A DNA stretch of 60,000 nt from Mobula hypostoma (GCF_963921235.1 NC_086108.1:44766001-44826000); one strand, 5' to 3'. Counted from the stretch's first letter, positions 37,990-52,569 are shown. The notes: generated from the sequence alone by a model not told the origin. Numbers and translations: made by a program.

Positions 37990-40900
37990 CATAGACCATA
38001 AGACAAAGGAGCAGAAGTCGGCCATTCAGCCCAGCGAGTCTGCTCCGCCATTTTATCATAAACTGATCCATTCTCCATTCTCCCATTTAGTCCCACTCCC
38101 CGGCCTTCTCACCATAACCTTTGATGCCCTGGCTACTCAGATACCTATCAACCTCTACCTTGAATACACCCAATGACTTGGCCTCCACTGCTGCCCGTGG
38201 CAACAAATTCCATAGATTCACCACCCTCTGACTAAAAAAATTTCTTTGCATTTCTGTTCTGAATGGGTGCCCTTCAATCCTTAAGTCATGCCCTCTCGTA
38301 CCAGACTCCCCCATCATGGGAAACAACTTTGCCACATCCACTCTGTCCATGCCTTTCAACATTCGAAATGTTTCTATGAGGTCTCCTCTCATTCTTCTAA
38401 ACTCCAAGGAATACAGTCCAAGAGCGGACAAACGTTCCTCATATGCTAACCCTCTCATTCCCAGAATCATTCTAGTGAATCTTCTCTGTACCCTCTCCAA
38501 CGTCAGCACATCCTTTCTTAAATAAGGAGACCAAAACTGCCCACAGTACTCCAAGTGAGGTCTCACCAGCGCCTTAGAGAGTCTCAACATCACATCCCTG
38601 CTCCTATACTCTATTCCTCTGAAAATGAATGCCAGCGTTGCATTCGCCTTCTTCACTACCAACTCAACCTGGAGGTTAACCTTGAGGATATCCTGTACGA
38701 GGACTCCCAAGTCCGGTTGCATCTCAGAACTTTGAATTCTTTCCCCATTTAAATAATAGTCTGCCCATTTATTTCTTCTGCCAAAGTGCATTACCATACA
38801 CTTTCTAACATTGTATTTCATTTGCCAGTTCTTTGCCCATTCTTCCAATCTATCCAACTCTCTCTGCAGACTCTCCGTTTCCTCAGCATTACTGGCCCTT
38901 GCACCTATCCATGTATTGTCAGCAAACTTAGCCACAAAGCCATCTATTCCATAATCCAAATCATTGATGTACAATGTAAAAAGAAGCAGCCCCAACACGG
39001 ACCACTGTGGAACACCACTGGTAACCGGCAGCCAACCAGAATAGGATCCTTTATTCTCTGTTTCCTGCCAATAAGCCAACGCCCTATCCACGTATGTAAC
39101 TTTCCCGTAATTCCATGGGCTCTTAACTTCTTAAGTAGTCTCATGTGTGACACCTTGTCAAAAGCCTTCTGAAAATCCAAATATACAACATCCACTGCAT
39201 CTCCCTTGTCTAGCCTACTGGTAATTTCCTCAAAAAATTGTAATAGGTTTGTCAGGCAGGATTTTCCTTTAAGGAATCCATGCTGAGTTCTGCCTATCTT
39301 GTCATATGCCTCCAGGTACTCTGAAACCTCATCCTTGACAATCGACTCCAACAACTTCCTAACCACCGATGTCAAGCTAACAGGTCTATAATTTCCTTTT
39401 TGCTTCCTTGCCCGCTTCTTAAATAGCGGAGTGACATTTGCAATCTTCCATTCCTCCGGAACCATGCCAGAATCTATCGACTTTTGAAGATCATCGCTAA
39501 TGCCTCCTCAATCTCCACAGCTACTTCCTTCACGGGGGTACATTCCATTTAGTCCGGGAGATTTATCTACCTTTAGGCTATTCAGCTTCCTGAGTGCTTT
39601 CTTTGTCGTAATTGCGACTGCGCACAATTCTCTTCCCTGCCACCCTTGAGTGTCTGGTATACTGCTGATGTCTTCCTCAGTGAAGACTGATGCAAAATAC
39701 TCATTCAGTTCCTCTGCCATCTCCTTATCTTCCATTACAATTTCTCCAGCGTCATTCTCTATCAGTCCTATATCTACTCTCACCTATCTTTTACTCTTTA
39801 TATACTTGAAAAAGCTTTTCGTATCCTCTTTGATATTATTTGCTGGCTTCCTTTCATAGTTAATCTTTTCCCTCTTAATGACCTTCTTAGTTTCCTTCTG
39901 TAAGGTTTTAAAAACTTCCCAATCCTCTGTCTTCCCACTAATTTTTGCTTCCTTGTATGCCCTCTCCTTTGCTTTAACTTTGGCTTTGACTTCTCTTGTC
40001 AACCACGGTTGCATCCTGTTTCCATTCAAAAATTTCTTCTTTTTTGGAATATACCTGTCTCGCACCTTCCTCACTTCTCGCATAAACTCCAGCCACTGCT
40101 GCTCTGCCGTCTTTCCCGCCAGTGTCCCTTTCCAGTCAACCTTGGCCAGTTCCCCTCTCATGCCACTGTAATTTACTTTACTCCACTGAAATACCGACAC
40201 ATCAGATTTCGGCTTCTCGTTTTCAAATTTCACAGTGCATTCAATCATGTTATGATCACTGCCTCCTAAGGGTTCCTTCACCTCAATCTCTCTAATCACC
40301 TCCGGTTCATTACACAATACCCAATCCAGTACAGCCGATCCCCTAGTGGGCTCAACAACAAGCTGTTCTAAAAAGCCATCTGGCAGACATTCTACAAATT
40401 CTCTCTCCCGAGATCCAGTGCCGACCTGATTTTCCCAATCCACTCGCGTGTTAAAATCCCCCACAATTATCATAACACTGCCCTTCTGACAAGCCTTTTC
40501 TATTTCCTGTTGTAATTTGTAGTCCACATCACTGCAGCTGTTTGGAGGCCTATAAATAATTGCCATCAGGGACCTTTTACCCCTGTGATTTCTTAGCTCA
40601 ACCCATAAAGATTCTGCGCCTTCTGATCCTATATCACCTCTTTCTAATGATTTAATATCATTTGTTACCAATAAAGCCACGCCTTCCCCTCTGCCTACCT
40701 TCCTATCCTTCCGATACACTGTGTATCCTTGGACGTTCAGCTCCCAGAGACATGCATCTTTTAGCCATGTGTCATTGATGGCCACAATATCATACCTGCC
40801 AATCTGTAGCTGTACGACAAGATCATCCACCTTATTCCTTATGCTGTGTACATTTAAGTATAACACCTTAAGACCAGTATTTGGTACTTTTGGCTTTGAT

Positions 40901-41455
40901 TTCACTGCAACTTTATTGCACTGCAACTCATCCCAATGGCTACAAATTTGCCCCAACACCTGCCTGTCTTTCCTGACATCTTTACTGCTCACTATCTTAG
41001 ACTTATTTCTGTTTTCCCCTTCTTCCGCTCTGTCATTCCGGTTCCCATCCCCCTGCCAGGTTAGTTTAAACCCTCTCTAACAGCTCTCTTAAACTGTCCC
41101 GCCAGGATATTGGTCCCCTTTGGGTTCAGGTGTAACCTGTCCTTTTTGAACAGGTCATACTTCCCCCAGAAGAGATCCCAATTATCCAAGAATCTGAAGC
41201 CCTGCCCCCTGCACCAGTCTCTCAGCCATGCATTCATCTGCCTGATCCTACTATTCTTGCCCTAGCTAGCACGTGGCACAGGTAGAAATCCCAAGGTTAC
41301 TACCCTGGAGGTCTTGCTTCTCAGCTTCCTTCCTAACTCCCAGAAATCTCCCTTCAGGACCTCCTTCCTTGCCCTATCTATGTCATTGGTACCAACATGT
41401 ACCAAGACAACTGGCTGCTCACCCTCCCCCTTCAGAATATTCTGGACCTGATCCG
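37990..41455 (-). mobile_element. Near-complete CR1 ORF2 (APE endonuclease + RT) with frameshifts, nested in the + CR1
   Basis: ORFs 39784-40992 (LKVLYLNVHSIRNK, GDFN, SDHN), 38944-39465 and 38087-39091. Confidence 0.92.
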
Positions 41456-41799
41456 AGGTTGAGTGAGCTTGGCCTTTTCTCCTTGGAGTGATGGAGGATG
41501 AGAGGTGACCTGATAGAGGTGTATAAGATGATGAGAGGCTTTAATCATGTGGATAGTCAGAGGCTTTTTCCCGGGGCTGCAATGGCTAACACGAGAGTGC
41601 ACAGTTTTAAGGTGCTTGGAAGTAGGTACAGAGGAGATGTCAGGGGTAGGTTTTTTTTACACAGAGTAGTGAGTGTGTGGAATGGGCTGTCGGCGACTGG
41701 TGGAGGCGGATACAATGGGGTCTTTAAAGAGACTGCTGGATAGGTACATGGAGCTTAGAAAATTAGAGGGCTATGGGTAACCCAAGGTAATTTCTAAAG

Positions 41800-43229
41800 C
41801 AGGAGTCCCCAACCTTTTTTTGCACCGCAGACCAGTTTATTATTGACAATATTCTTGCAGACCAGCTGACCCCGGGGGGGCTGGGGGGTGGTAGGGCTGC
41901 CAACAGACAAGAGTAGCAGTCAAATACGTTGTGTTTACCCTGAGAAAGACTACAATGACCATGAAGCCTTACGCGGGCACCTGTGTGCGCATGCGTGTAT
42001 GTGCCGATTTTTTTCTACAAATGGTTTTTGGCGATTCTGTTCAGTGAAACTACACTGTACATACATTTTTTCTACTTTATATAGGCTGTGTATTTATCAT
42101 ATCATTCATGCTTTTACTATATGTTAGTGTTATTTTAGGTTTTGTGTTATTTGGTATGATTTGGTAGGTTATTTTTTGGGTCTGGAAACGCTCAAAAATT
42201 TTTCTCCTAAAAATTGATGATAGTTGCTTCTTCGCTTTGCGCCATTTCGGCACGAAAAGTGTCATAGGAAAGCTCTACCTCAGCGGGGGAACTACGGGAC
42301 AAGGGCGGTCCTGTATGAGACTGACCAATTTAGCCCATAGGGTTCTGAGTTGGATGATCAACCATGATCATACTGAATGGCAGTGCAGGCTCGAAGGGCT
42401 GAATGGCCTACTGCACCTATTTTCTATGTTTCTATATGGGATGTCCGGGCTAATATGGGACAGTTGGCAATCCTAGGCGGGGGGGCGGGGGGTGTTAATC
42501 ACGAATTGAATATAGGTGATAAGTCAACTATAAGTCACTTATAAGTGGCTAGTACACTCAATTTCGTTTCTAAAAGGGTTTATCTAACGAATTTAATATT
42601 AAACACAGTGCATAATATAGTCATACGTCAATTATAAGTCACTTATAAGTCAATAGCATCATAACATTTTAAGTAACGTTTGGTTATTAAACACACACCA
42701 TGTATTTTCCCCATATGAACATATAAAATCATTGCAACACACCAATATCACTGAATCAGTGGGAGCCCTGGGCTTGTTTTCCTGCAACAAGACGGTCCCA
42801 TTGAAGGGTGACGGGAGACAGCGATACTCGAAGGGGGTTCCTTATGTCCAGTGTATTCCGCAATTTAGTTTTTGTTGCATTCATTGCAGAAAACCCCGCT
42901 TCGCAAAGATATGTTGGAAATGGAAGCAACATTTTCAGTGCTTTCGTGGCTATCTCAGGATATTTAGCCTTGACTTTCATCCAGAGTGCCAGCAGAGATG
43001 TTATGTCAAACATACTTTTCAGCCCACTGTCATTTGCAAGCTCGAGGAGTTGATCTTCTTCCCACGCTGACATGGATGACGCATGCGTAATGACCTCGCG
43101 TGCGTTCAAGTCCAACAGTGGGCGTGACAGGGAATGAGGAAAGGTGCAGCTGACTCATATTGCTGAATCATATCGTGTTCTCGCGGCCTGGTAGCACATG
43201 CTATGCGGCCCGGTGGTTGGGGACTACTG
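41800..43229 (-). mobile_element. hAT (Charlie/Buster-type) non-autonomous element
   Basis: Termini CAGGAGTCCCCAACC / GGTTGGGGACTACTG; 8-bp flanks ttctaaag/ttccaaag; dimerisation-domain remnant LLPFPTYLCEAGFSAM..KTKLRN. Confidence 0.85.
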
Positions 43230-43800
43230 TTCCAAAGTACATGTTCGGCACAGCATTGTGGGCCAAAGGGCCTTATTGTGCTGTAGGTTTTGTATGTTTC
43301 TATGAATTCCCATGAATTCAGCCAAATGAAACAGCATTGCTCCAAGGAAAAATGCAGTACCAATAGTCAAACACAGCACAAGGCACATATAGCATATATG
43401 ATAGCAGTAAGTACATGTTTGGCACAGCATTGTGGGCCGAAGGGCCTGTATTGTGCTGTAGGTTTCCTATGTTTAAAATCCCAGATGCCTGTCAGATTCA
43501 GGAACACAGGATCTTTTCCTTTGAGCTCCCTTCCATTTGCAAGGGAATGATCTCCACATAACACCAAGCAACCAACAGCCTTCTGGATTTGTACTTACAA
43601 CTGCAAGGAACATTTATCACCCTAATCATATCTGACTTCTGTCACTACTACATTTCACCTTACTCCCATAAATTTGATCTGGCGCTATCATCAGTTCACT
43701 TATTTTCCCTTATGTCAGCAAGAACCTGGGCTCCTTCAACAAATGCAAAGGCTAAAGTCTTTCCAAAACTACTTCCTGGATTTCATACCTAACAGTGGTA

Positions 43801-45690
43801 ACTACATAGTCATACTCATACTTTATTGATCCCGGGGGAAATTGGTTTTCGTTACAGTTGCACCATAAATAATAAATAGTAATAGAAACATAAATAGTTA
43901 AGTAGTAATATGTAAATTATGCCAGTAAATTATGAAATAAGTCCAGGACCAGCCTATTGGCTCAGGGTGTCTGACCCTCCAAGGGAGGAGTTGTAAAGTT
44001 TGATGGCCACAGGCAGGAATGACTTCCTATGACATTCTGTGTTGCATCTCAGTGGAATGAGTCTCTGGCTGAATGTACTCCTGTGCTCACCCAGTACATT
44101 ATGTAGTGGATGGGAGACATTGACCAAGATGGCATGCAACTTAGACAGCATCTTCTTTTCAGACGCCACCGTGAGAGAGTCCAGTTCCATCCCTACAACA
44201 TCACTGGCCTTACGAATGAGTTTGTTGATTCTGTTGGTGTCTGCTACCCTCAGCCTGCCGCCCCAGCACACAACAGCAAACATGATAGCACTGGCCACCA
44301 CAGACTCGTAAAACATCCTCAGCATCATCCGGCAGATGTTAAAGGACCTCACTCTCCTCAGGAAATAGAGACGGCTCTGTCCCTTCTTGTAGATAGCCTC
44401 AGTGTTCTTTGACCAGTCCAGTTTATTGTCAATTCGTATCCCCAGGTATTTGTAATCATCCATCATGTCCACACTGACCCCCTGGATGGAAACAGGGGTC
44501 ACCGGTACCTTAGCTCTCCTCAGGTCCACCACCAGCTCCTTAGTCTTTTTCACATTAAGCTGCAGATAATTCTGCTCACACCATGTGACAAAGTTTCCTA
44601 CCGTAGCCGTGTACTCCGCCTCATCTCCCTTGCTGATGCATCCAACTACGGCAGAGTCATCGGAAAACTTCTGAAGATGGCAAGACTCTGTGCAGTAGTT
44701 GAAGTCCGAGGTGTAAATGGTGAAGAGAAAGGGAGACAAGACAGTCCCCTGTGGAGCCCCAGTGCTGCTGATCACTCTGTCGGACACACTATTTTGCAAG
44801 CACACGTACTGTGGTCTGCCAGTCAGGTAATCAAGAATCCATGACACCAGGGAAGCATCCACCTGCATCGCTGTCAGCTTCTCCCCCAGCAGAGCAGGGC
44901 GGCTGGTGTTGAACGCATTGGAGAAGTCAAAAATACATGACCCTCACAGTACCTGCTGGCTTGTCCAGGTGGGTGTAGACATGGTTCAGCAGGAAGACGA
45001 TGGCATCCTCAACTCCTAGTTGGAGCTGGTAGGCGAACTGGAGGGGATCCAAGTGTGGCCTGACCATAGGCCGGAGCAGCTCCAGAACAAGTCTCTCCAG
45101 GGTCTTCAAGATGTGGGATGTCAATGTCACTGGTCTGTAGTCATCGAGGCCGCTGGGGCGCGGCATCTTTGGCACAGGGACGAGGCAGGACGTCTTCCAC
45201 AGTACAGGAACCCTCCGGAGCCTCAGGCTCAGGTTGAATACATGGCGGAGTACTCCACATAGCTGAGGGGCACAGGCTTTGAGCACCCTGGTACTGATAC
45301 CATTCTGTCCTGCAGCCTTGCTTGGGTTGAGACGTTTCAGCTGTCTTCTCACCTGTTCAGCTGTGAAGCCCACCATGGTGGTTTCGTGTGGGGAAGGGGT
45401 ATGGTCATAAGAGCAGGGTGGGGGACTATGAGGAGGGGTAGGAGGGGAGAGTGGCATATGTGTTGGTTGGGGGCCGACAACAGATGGCTCATGTGGGGGA
45501 CGGACAGGGGCCACAATGTCAAATCTGTTAAAGAACAGGTTAAGTTCATTGGCCCTGTCCACACTGCCTTCAGCTCCTCTGTTGCTAGTTTGCCGGAACC
45601 CAGTGATGGTCCTCATCCCCCTCCAGACTTCTCTCATGTTGTTCTGCTGGAGTTTCCACTCAAGCTTCCTCCTGTACCTGTCTTTACCTC
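43801..45690 (-). mobile_element. 5'-truncated Rex1/Babar-type element
   Basis: ORFs 44927-45700 and 43954-44868 (KFSDDSAVVG), same family as 544-1976; one frameshift. Confidence 0.88.
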
Positions 45691-45746
45691 TGGTAAACAA
45701 TAACCAATTAACTTATTTTTTCTCTGAAATCTCTGAAACTCTAGCT

Positions 45747-46500
45747 CAGTGTTTCCCAACCTTTTTTCTATCCCACCACCCCCAAAGCACTTTCATACTT
45801 GCCAATGCTCCCCAATGATTATGCTTTAAATTTTTATTTGTCTTTAAACGCAGATCGCACAGTACCTTTGTACTCTATAGCAGCTTCAATATTAATGTGA
45901 TCCTTGAGCTTGATGGTTTTTAGCAAGAGTTGAATTATCTTATTCAAGTTGTGACTACCAATAAAAGCTGACATTTTTGAAAAGTATTTTTGCATCTTCA
46001 TCATTCTGAATATTGATAATTACTTCTTGCAATCTCTCTTCCTGTTCTTCCACTTTGCAAAGAAATGGGCTGATTACCCAGTCCAAAATTTCCAGATCAT
46101 TCAAATCCTTGGCTCGATTCTGAAAGTCCTTCCGTGACTGCAAGTGTAAGCAGTACTCTTGCAAATCACTGTCTGTGAAACGAAAGATTAAATTGAAATT
46201 CTCACCCTGCAGTTTCATATTTAAAATGTTAATTTTGTCATACAGTTGGGTTTGATATGCCACATCTCTATGTAGAAGTTCAATCTTGTTTCCCAAACAG
46301 CAACCTTTTGACAGCCAATGAACTTCGTGTGAAGAAGCAAGCGTTCAAACTCTTCATTGTTATCTTGGCATAACTGGCAAAATATTCTGCTATTTAGTGG
46401 AATGGCTTTAATTTTGTTGATAGCAGATATTACAAGAGTCATGCTTGAAAAAAGTCGCAGCCTGAGGTTTTTGGCTGTGAGATGTTGATGATGAATTACA
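45747..46500 (-). mobile_element. hAT (Buster/ZBED5-like) transposase remnant
   Basis: cagtgtttcccaacc terminus; INKIKAIPLNSRIFCQLC..LLLHT and LNMKLQG motifs. Confidence 0.65.
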
Positions 46501-49500
46501 ATGTTCAGAGGGTGTATTTGACTCGTACCATGCCATGAGTCAAAGGGGACTGTTGGGCATCCTGGTTGCTAATTTATGCATCCCCAACAATGCCTGTTCG
46601 GTTGATAAGGTCAGATGAGATTGTCGAGTTTCAGATGCATTCTCACTGCTATGGTTCTTCCTCTGTTCCAGTGGTTCATCCTCCTTTTTTTTTGGGAAGT
46701 GCCTGCTCTATTAGTGGTCGGTCAGGTCTCATGTTCAAGTTAGGCCTGCTTAACCCCCCTCCTCCTCCCCCCCCACCCAAGAATCTTGAGTGCCCCCGAT
46801 GACTTCTATTTCCACTAACACCTCCTTGGGAGATTTAAGGGAGATCAGGCTGAGTACAGGGCTACGGTAGGAAATTTTGTCACATGGTGTGAGCAGAATT
46901 ACTTGCAGCTTAATGTGAAAAAGACTAAGGAGCTGGTGGTAGACCTGAGGAGAGCTAAGGTACCGGTGACCCCTGTTTCCATCCAGGGGGTCAGTGTGGA
47001 CATGGTGGAGGATTACAAATACCTGGGGATCGAATTGACAATAAACTGGACTGGTCAAAGAACACTGAGGCTGTCTACAAGAAGGGTCAGAGCCGTCTCT
47101 ATTTCCTGAGGAGACTTTCAACATCTGCCAGACGATGCTGAGGATGTTCTACGAGTCTGTGGTGGCCAGTGCTATCATGTTTGCTGTTGTGTACTGGGGC
47201 AGCAGGCTGAGAGTAGCAGACACCAACAGTATCAACAAACTCATTCGTAAGGCCTGTGATGTTGTGGGGATGGAACTGGACTCTCTCACAGTGGTGTCTG
47301 AAAAGAGGATGCTGTCTATGTTGCATGTCATCTTGGACAATGTCTCTTATCCACTACATAATGTACTGGGTGGACACAGGAGTACATTCAGCCAGAGACT
47401 CATTCCACCGAGATGCAACACAGAACGTCATAGGAAGTCATTCCTGCCTGCGGCCATCAAACTTTACAACTCCTCCCTTGGAGGGTCAGACACCCTGAGC
47501 CAATAGGCTGGTCCTGGACTTATTTCATAATTTACTGGCATAATTTACATACTACTATTTAACTGTTTATGGTTTTATTACTATTTATTATTTATGGTGC
47601 AACTGTAACGAAAACCAATTTCCCCCGGAATCAATAAAGTATGACTATGGCTATGTGACTGATGTACAAGAACACCCAGATCTCGTTGTACTTCCCCTTT
47701 TCATAACTTGACTCCATTTAGATAATAATCTGCCTTTCTGGTCTTACCACCAAAGTGGATAACCTCACATTTGTCCACATTAAACTGCATCTGCCATGCA
47801 TCTGTCCACTCACCCAGCCTGTTCAAGTCACCCTGCATTCTCATAACATCCTCCTCACATTTCACACTGCCACCCAGCTTTGTGTCATCGGAAAATTTGC
47901 TAATGTTACTTTTAATTCCCTCATCTAAATCATTTATATTGTAAACAGCTGTGGTCCCAGCACTGAACCCTGCGGTACCCCACTGGTCACCACCTGCCAT
48001 TCCGAAGGGGACCCATTAATCGCTACTCTTTGTTTTCTGTCAGCCAGCCAATTTTCAATCCATGTCAGTACTCTGACCCCAATACCATGTGCCCTAATTT
48101 TGCCCACTAATCTCCTATGTGGGACTTTATCAAAGGCTTTCTGAAAGTCCAGGTACACTACATCCACTGGCTCTCCCTTGTCCATTTTCATAGTTACATC
48201 CTCAAAAAACTCCAGAAGATTAGTCAAGCACGATTTCCCCTTCGTAAATCCATGCTGACTCGGACCGATCCTGTTACTGCTATCCAGATGTGTTGTAATT
48301 TCATCTTTTATAATTGACTCCAGCATCTTTTCCACCACCGACATCAGGCTAACCGGTCTATAATTCCCTGTTTTCTCTCTTCCTCCCTTCTTGAAGAGAG
48401 GGACAACATTAGCCTCCACGATTTCTAAAGCCACCTCCTTAAGTACCCTGGGATGCAGACCATCAGGTCCCGGGGACTTATCAGCCTTCAGACCCAACAG
48501 TCCATCCAACACCATTTCCTGCCTAATATAAATTTCCTTCAGTTCATCCATCACCCTAGGTCCTTTGGCCACTATTGTATCTGGGAGATTGTTTGTGTCT
48601 TCCCTCGTGAAGACAGATCCAAACTACCTGTTCAACTCGTCTGCCATTTCCTTGTTCCCCATAATAAATTCACCCGTTTCTGTCTTCAAGGGCCCAGTTT
48701 TGGTCTTAACTATTTTTTCCTTTTCACATACCTAAAGAAGCTTTTACTATCCTTTATGTTCTTGACTAGTTTACCTTCGTACCTCATTTTTTCTCTGCAT
48801 ATTGCCTTTTTAGTTACCTTCTGTTGCTGTTTAAAAGTTTCCCAATCTTCCGGCTTCCCACTCATCTTTGCTATGTTATACTTCATCTCTTCTATTTTTA
48901 TACTGTCCATTATTTCCCTTGTCAGCCACGGCCTCCCCTTAGGATCTTTCTTCCTCTTTGGAACGAACTGATCCTGCACCTTCCGCATTATTCCCAGAAA
49001 CACTTGCCATTGCTGTTCCACTGTCATCCCTGCTAGGGTATTGTTCCATTGAACTTTGGCCAGCTCCTCCCTCATAGCGCCATAGTTCCCTTTGTTCAAC
49101 TGTAATACTGACACTTCCGAGTTTCCCTTCTCCCTTTCAAATTGTAGATTAAAACTTATCATATTATGGTCACTAACTCCTAATGGCTGCTTTACCTCGA
49201 GGTCCCTGATCAAATCCGGTTCATTCCACAACACTAAATCTAGAATTGCGTTCTCTCTGATAGGCTCCAGTACAAGCTGTTCTAAGAATCCATCTCGGAG
49301 GGACTCCACAAACTCCCTTTCTTGGGGTCTAGTACCAACCTGATTCCTCCAGTCTACCTGCATGTTGAAATCCCCCATAACAAATGTAGCATTACCTTGT
49401 ATAGCAGCATTGCATCAAACATTACTATGTTACAATAAAAAAACGTGGAACAGTTCAAAGCAGGAATAGTGAGCGACTGTTCATGGGTTTCTGGAGAACT

Positions 49501-50659
49501 CAGAAATCTGGTAACTGAGGGGAAGAAGCCGTTCCTAAACGTTGAGTGTGCCTCCTCCCTGACAGTAGTAATGAAGAAAGGGCATGTCCCAGATGGCGAA
49601 GGTCCGTAATGATAAATGCTGACTTGTTGAGTCATCCTTTTCCAGATAACCTTGATGATGGGGGCTTGAGCCCGTGATGGAGCTGGCTGAGTCTACAACA
49701 TTTGATCCTCAGAATCAGGTTTAATATTACTGGCATATGTTGAAAAATTTGTTATTTTGTGGCAGCACTACATTGCAATATATAACTATAAATTACAATA
49801 AGTAAACATTAAAAAAAAACTAATTAAGTAGCAGAAAAAGAGAGGGGGAGATATTGAGTTAGCTTCATTGGTTTATTGTCCGTTCAGAAATCTGAAGGCA
49901 GAGGGGAAGAAGTTGTTTCTGAAACAATGAGTGCATGTCTTCAAGCTCCTGTACCACCTCCTTGATGTTGGCAACGAGAAGAGGGCATGTCCTGGCTGAC
50001 GCTGCTCCTTAATGATAGATGCTACCTTTTGAAGGTGTCCTGGATGCTGGGGAGGCTAATGAGAGGGAGGTACTTTTGAAGCTTCTTCACTTGTACTGAG
50101 ATGATTGTGTTTAATGCTGAGCTGTAATCAGTAAACAACAGCCCAACATACCTATTGCTGTTATCCACATGGTTTAAAGCCAAGTGTAAAGTCAATAAGT
50201 TTGCATCCACTGTAGACCTGCCATAGTGCTAGGCAAATTGCAATAGGTTCAGGTCCTTGCTCAGGCAGGAGGTAACTCTAGCCATGATTAACCTTACAAA
50301 GCTCTTCAACTCAGATTTTTCTGAAACCACAGCCATGTGCGCTATTTGTCGTATGTGTGTGTGCTGTTGATGATTTGTTTTGCACCTTGGCTACAGAGGA
50401 ACGCTGTTTCATTTGCCTATATTTGTGTATGCTTGAATAATAAGTAAACTTGAACTTGTCTGCTACCAGATGATTTTTTTTTACAATGAAAAGACTATTT
50501 TACCCAGATTTCTACATGTGTGTGGTTTGGTTTAGTTGGAGAAAGCTTTTAACACACAGTCCTTAACTGAAAATTAGCTTTCTTGTATTTTTCATCGTGG
50601 ATGGCAAGTAATTTCAAATCCTCCAAAATAACAAGTTTCAGTTCGATTTCCTAATCCAG

Positions 50660-52119
50660 TCCGCAGGCTTGGTATCGAGAAAAGTTCAGAAAAGGATCCT
50701 GTAGACTTTGAACCTTCAGCTAAAAGTGGTAAGGGCATTCAATAAACCTTTTTATTAAGTCATTAGAGTTACGAGAATAAATTGTTCTTTCCAATTCACC
50801 TGGTAGGTTTCATCTTTTGGTGATTTATTTTGTCTAAACAGAACTTGAACATGCTGAGGAACAGCTTCAATTAGAAGAATTTGCTGTAAGTACTTTTTCA
50901 AGTTACCATATTGCTCAATATGGAATGATTATAGATCAGTTCAACAGAGAAGAAATGAGCTGTGTCAACCTCAGATAACTTCCCTTTAGGCACAACCATT
51001 CAGGTTACTGTTGTGGCAAGATATGAAATTATAGGGGGTGGAGTTGATTTGCATGCAAGGGAGAATAGGTTACAGAGAAATAAGTTCAGAACGGGACTGA
51101 CAGGAGTGCTTTGACATCATAAACTCATGAGCTGAATGACTTGCATTTTTCAAGAAAATATGAGAAGCTTATAATAAAAAAACTATAGCTTTCCCAGTGG
51201 TAGAAAGTGTAGTTTGAAGAATGTTATACTGTGATGTTATTAATGAAATGTTACACTGTGTTGTAATGGCTGTTGAATGGTTCAGAACAATTTGAGCAAG
51301 ATCTACTCCTCACCAAGATGGGAAGCACATTACAACAAAGATCCCAAAATCTAATAAAATACAAATGACCCCCCCCCCACCCCAACTCAAAACTTTGTGG
51401 CTGTTTGGGTAATATAAATTACTAGCTGAAAATTTGAGAAACAGGGTAAAAGAATAAAATATACTCTTGGAGAACAAGAAGAAAGGTAAATAAACAAATG
51501 TATTTACATTTTTATCTATCCCTTGTTTCTTGACATACATTTTCATAAAATAAAGCCACTATCTGTGTAATTCCATCCCTCAGTAATACAGGGGTACAAG
51601 AGTTGAAATGCAAAATATTTAACTGAAATACTGCTGTGACATTAACTTATAGGTTTTTTCTCTCAAAACCAATTTGGTTTTACTCTCTTATGAAAGGGTG
51701 GGTTTTGCTGTGCATCAGTATTCAGAATCTAGCTTCTTTTACAATAATTTGAGATAGTCAACTTTGAAATTTGTTTTTACCCTGAACGTGAATTTTCCAG
51801 TATAGTTCAATAGACTGTAACATGAACTCCTGGCAGCATGCACTTACCCAGATACCCAACCAGATTGTTGTTTCTTTTGTTATACTAGTTGTAACAAACT
51901 AACTGAACATAGAAAAGGGCTCATATGCAGTTTTCTTCACTCGACTGTTAAGCTACTGGTGAAGCAGCATTTTATTTTAAAGTGAATTAAAGAAATCTTT
52001 TCTTTGCAGCTGGATGGAACAAGGGCGACACATGTAGGATTTGTTATTAAATCAGCTTTTGACCATTTTGACCATCAGTACACAAAGTGACAGTAGAAGG
52101 TACAGAGGAAATCACTTAA
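50660..52119 (+). pseudogene. IFT25: IFT25 3' fragment pseudogene; exons 50660-50728, 50842-50885, 52010-52119
   Basis: No 5' exons between it and the junction; net +2 frameshift (ttttgtatcag to ttttgaccatcag) gives TGA at 52088-52090; S>G, L>S and LR>VG substitutions. Confidence 0.9.
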
Positions 52120-52489
52120 GTCCATAGAACACAACTGTTAACTTTGTAAAGGGGAAGATTGAATTGTGAAGTCCAGGTTTGTTAAGCAATTAATGTTATG
52201 TACATTCTTATTCTTCTGAATAAACTCATGGCTTTGCAACATTACAGCCTTTATTGGTCATTCTGGAAAATATTTGATCAAAATCCAAATGGTGCATTGA
52301 AACATTTTCAAACTGAAGATACTTTATTTCAAAATTGTTTCAACTCATCAGAATGGATTGAAACAGCTTTATAATAATTCAGATATAATTAAAAAATTTC
52401 ACTCCTTTTAAATACACAGATATGCAAAGTATGTGTAGAATAATTGTTTAATAGTCCAGAATAAAAAAAACTTCATCCACAGATTTAAA

Positions 52490-52569
52490 TGATCTTAGCC
52501 ATATTTCACAACATTAGACTACAGCCTTAATTTTGGCTGCAATCTTCATAAATAACATAGCTAAAATCA
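52490..52569 (-). promoter_or_regulatory. DIO1: SECIS-like hairpin of DIO1 copy B
   Basis: Identical to 6809-6888, including the UAAU 3' core. Confidence 0.85.

Larger units (their letters stand above)
34770..41790 (+). mobile_element. CR1 LINE (EN-RT, degenerate) interrupted at ~35417-36080 and ~37990-41455
   Basis: YDVVAITETW, GVFYRPPNS, GDLN, DFSKAFDK, KFADDTK; host resumes at aggttgagtgagc (~41456). Confidence 0.85.
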
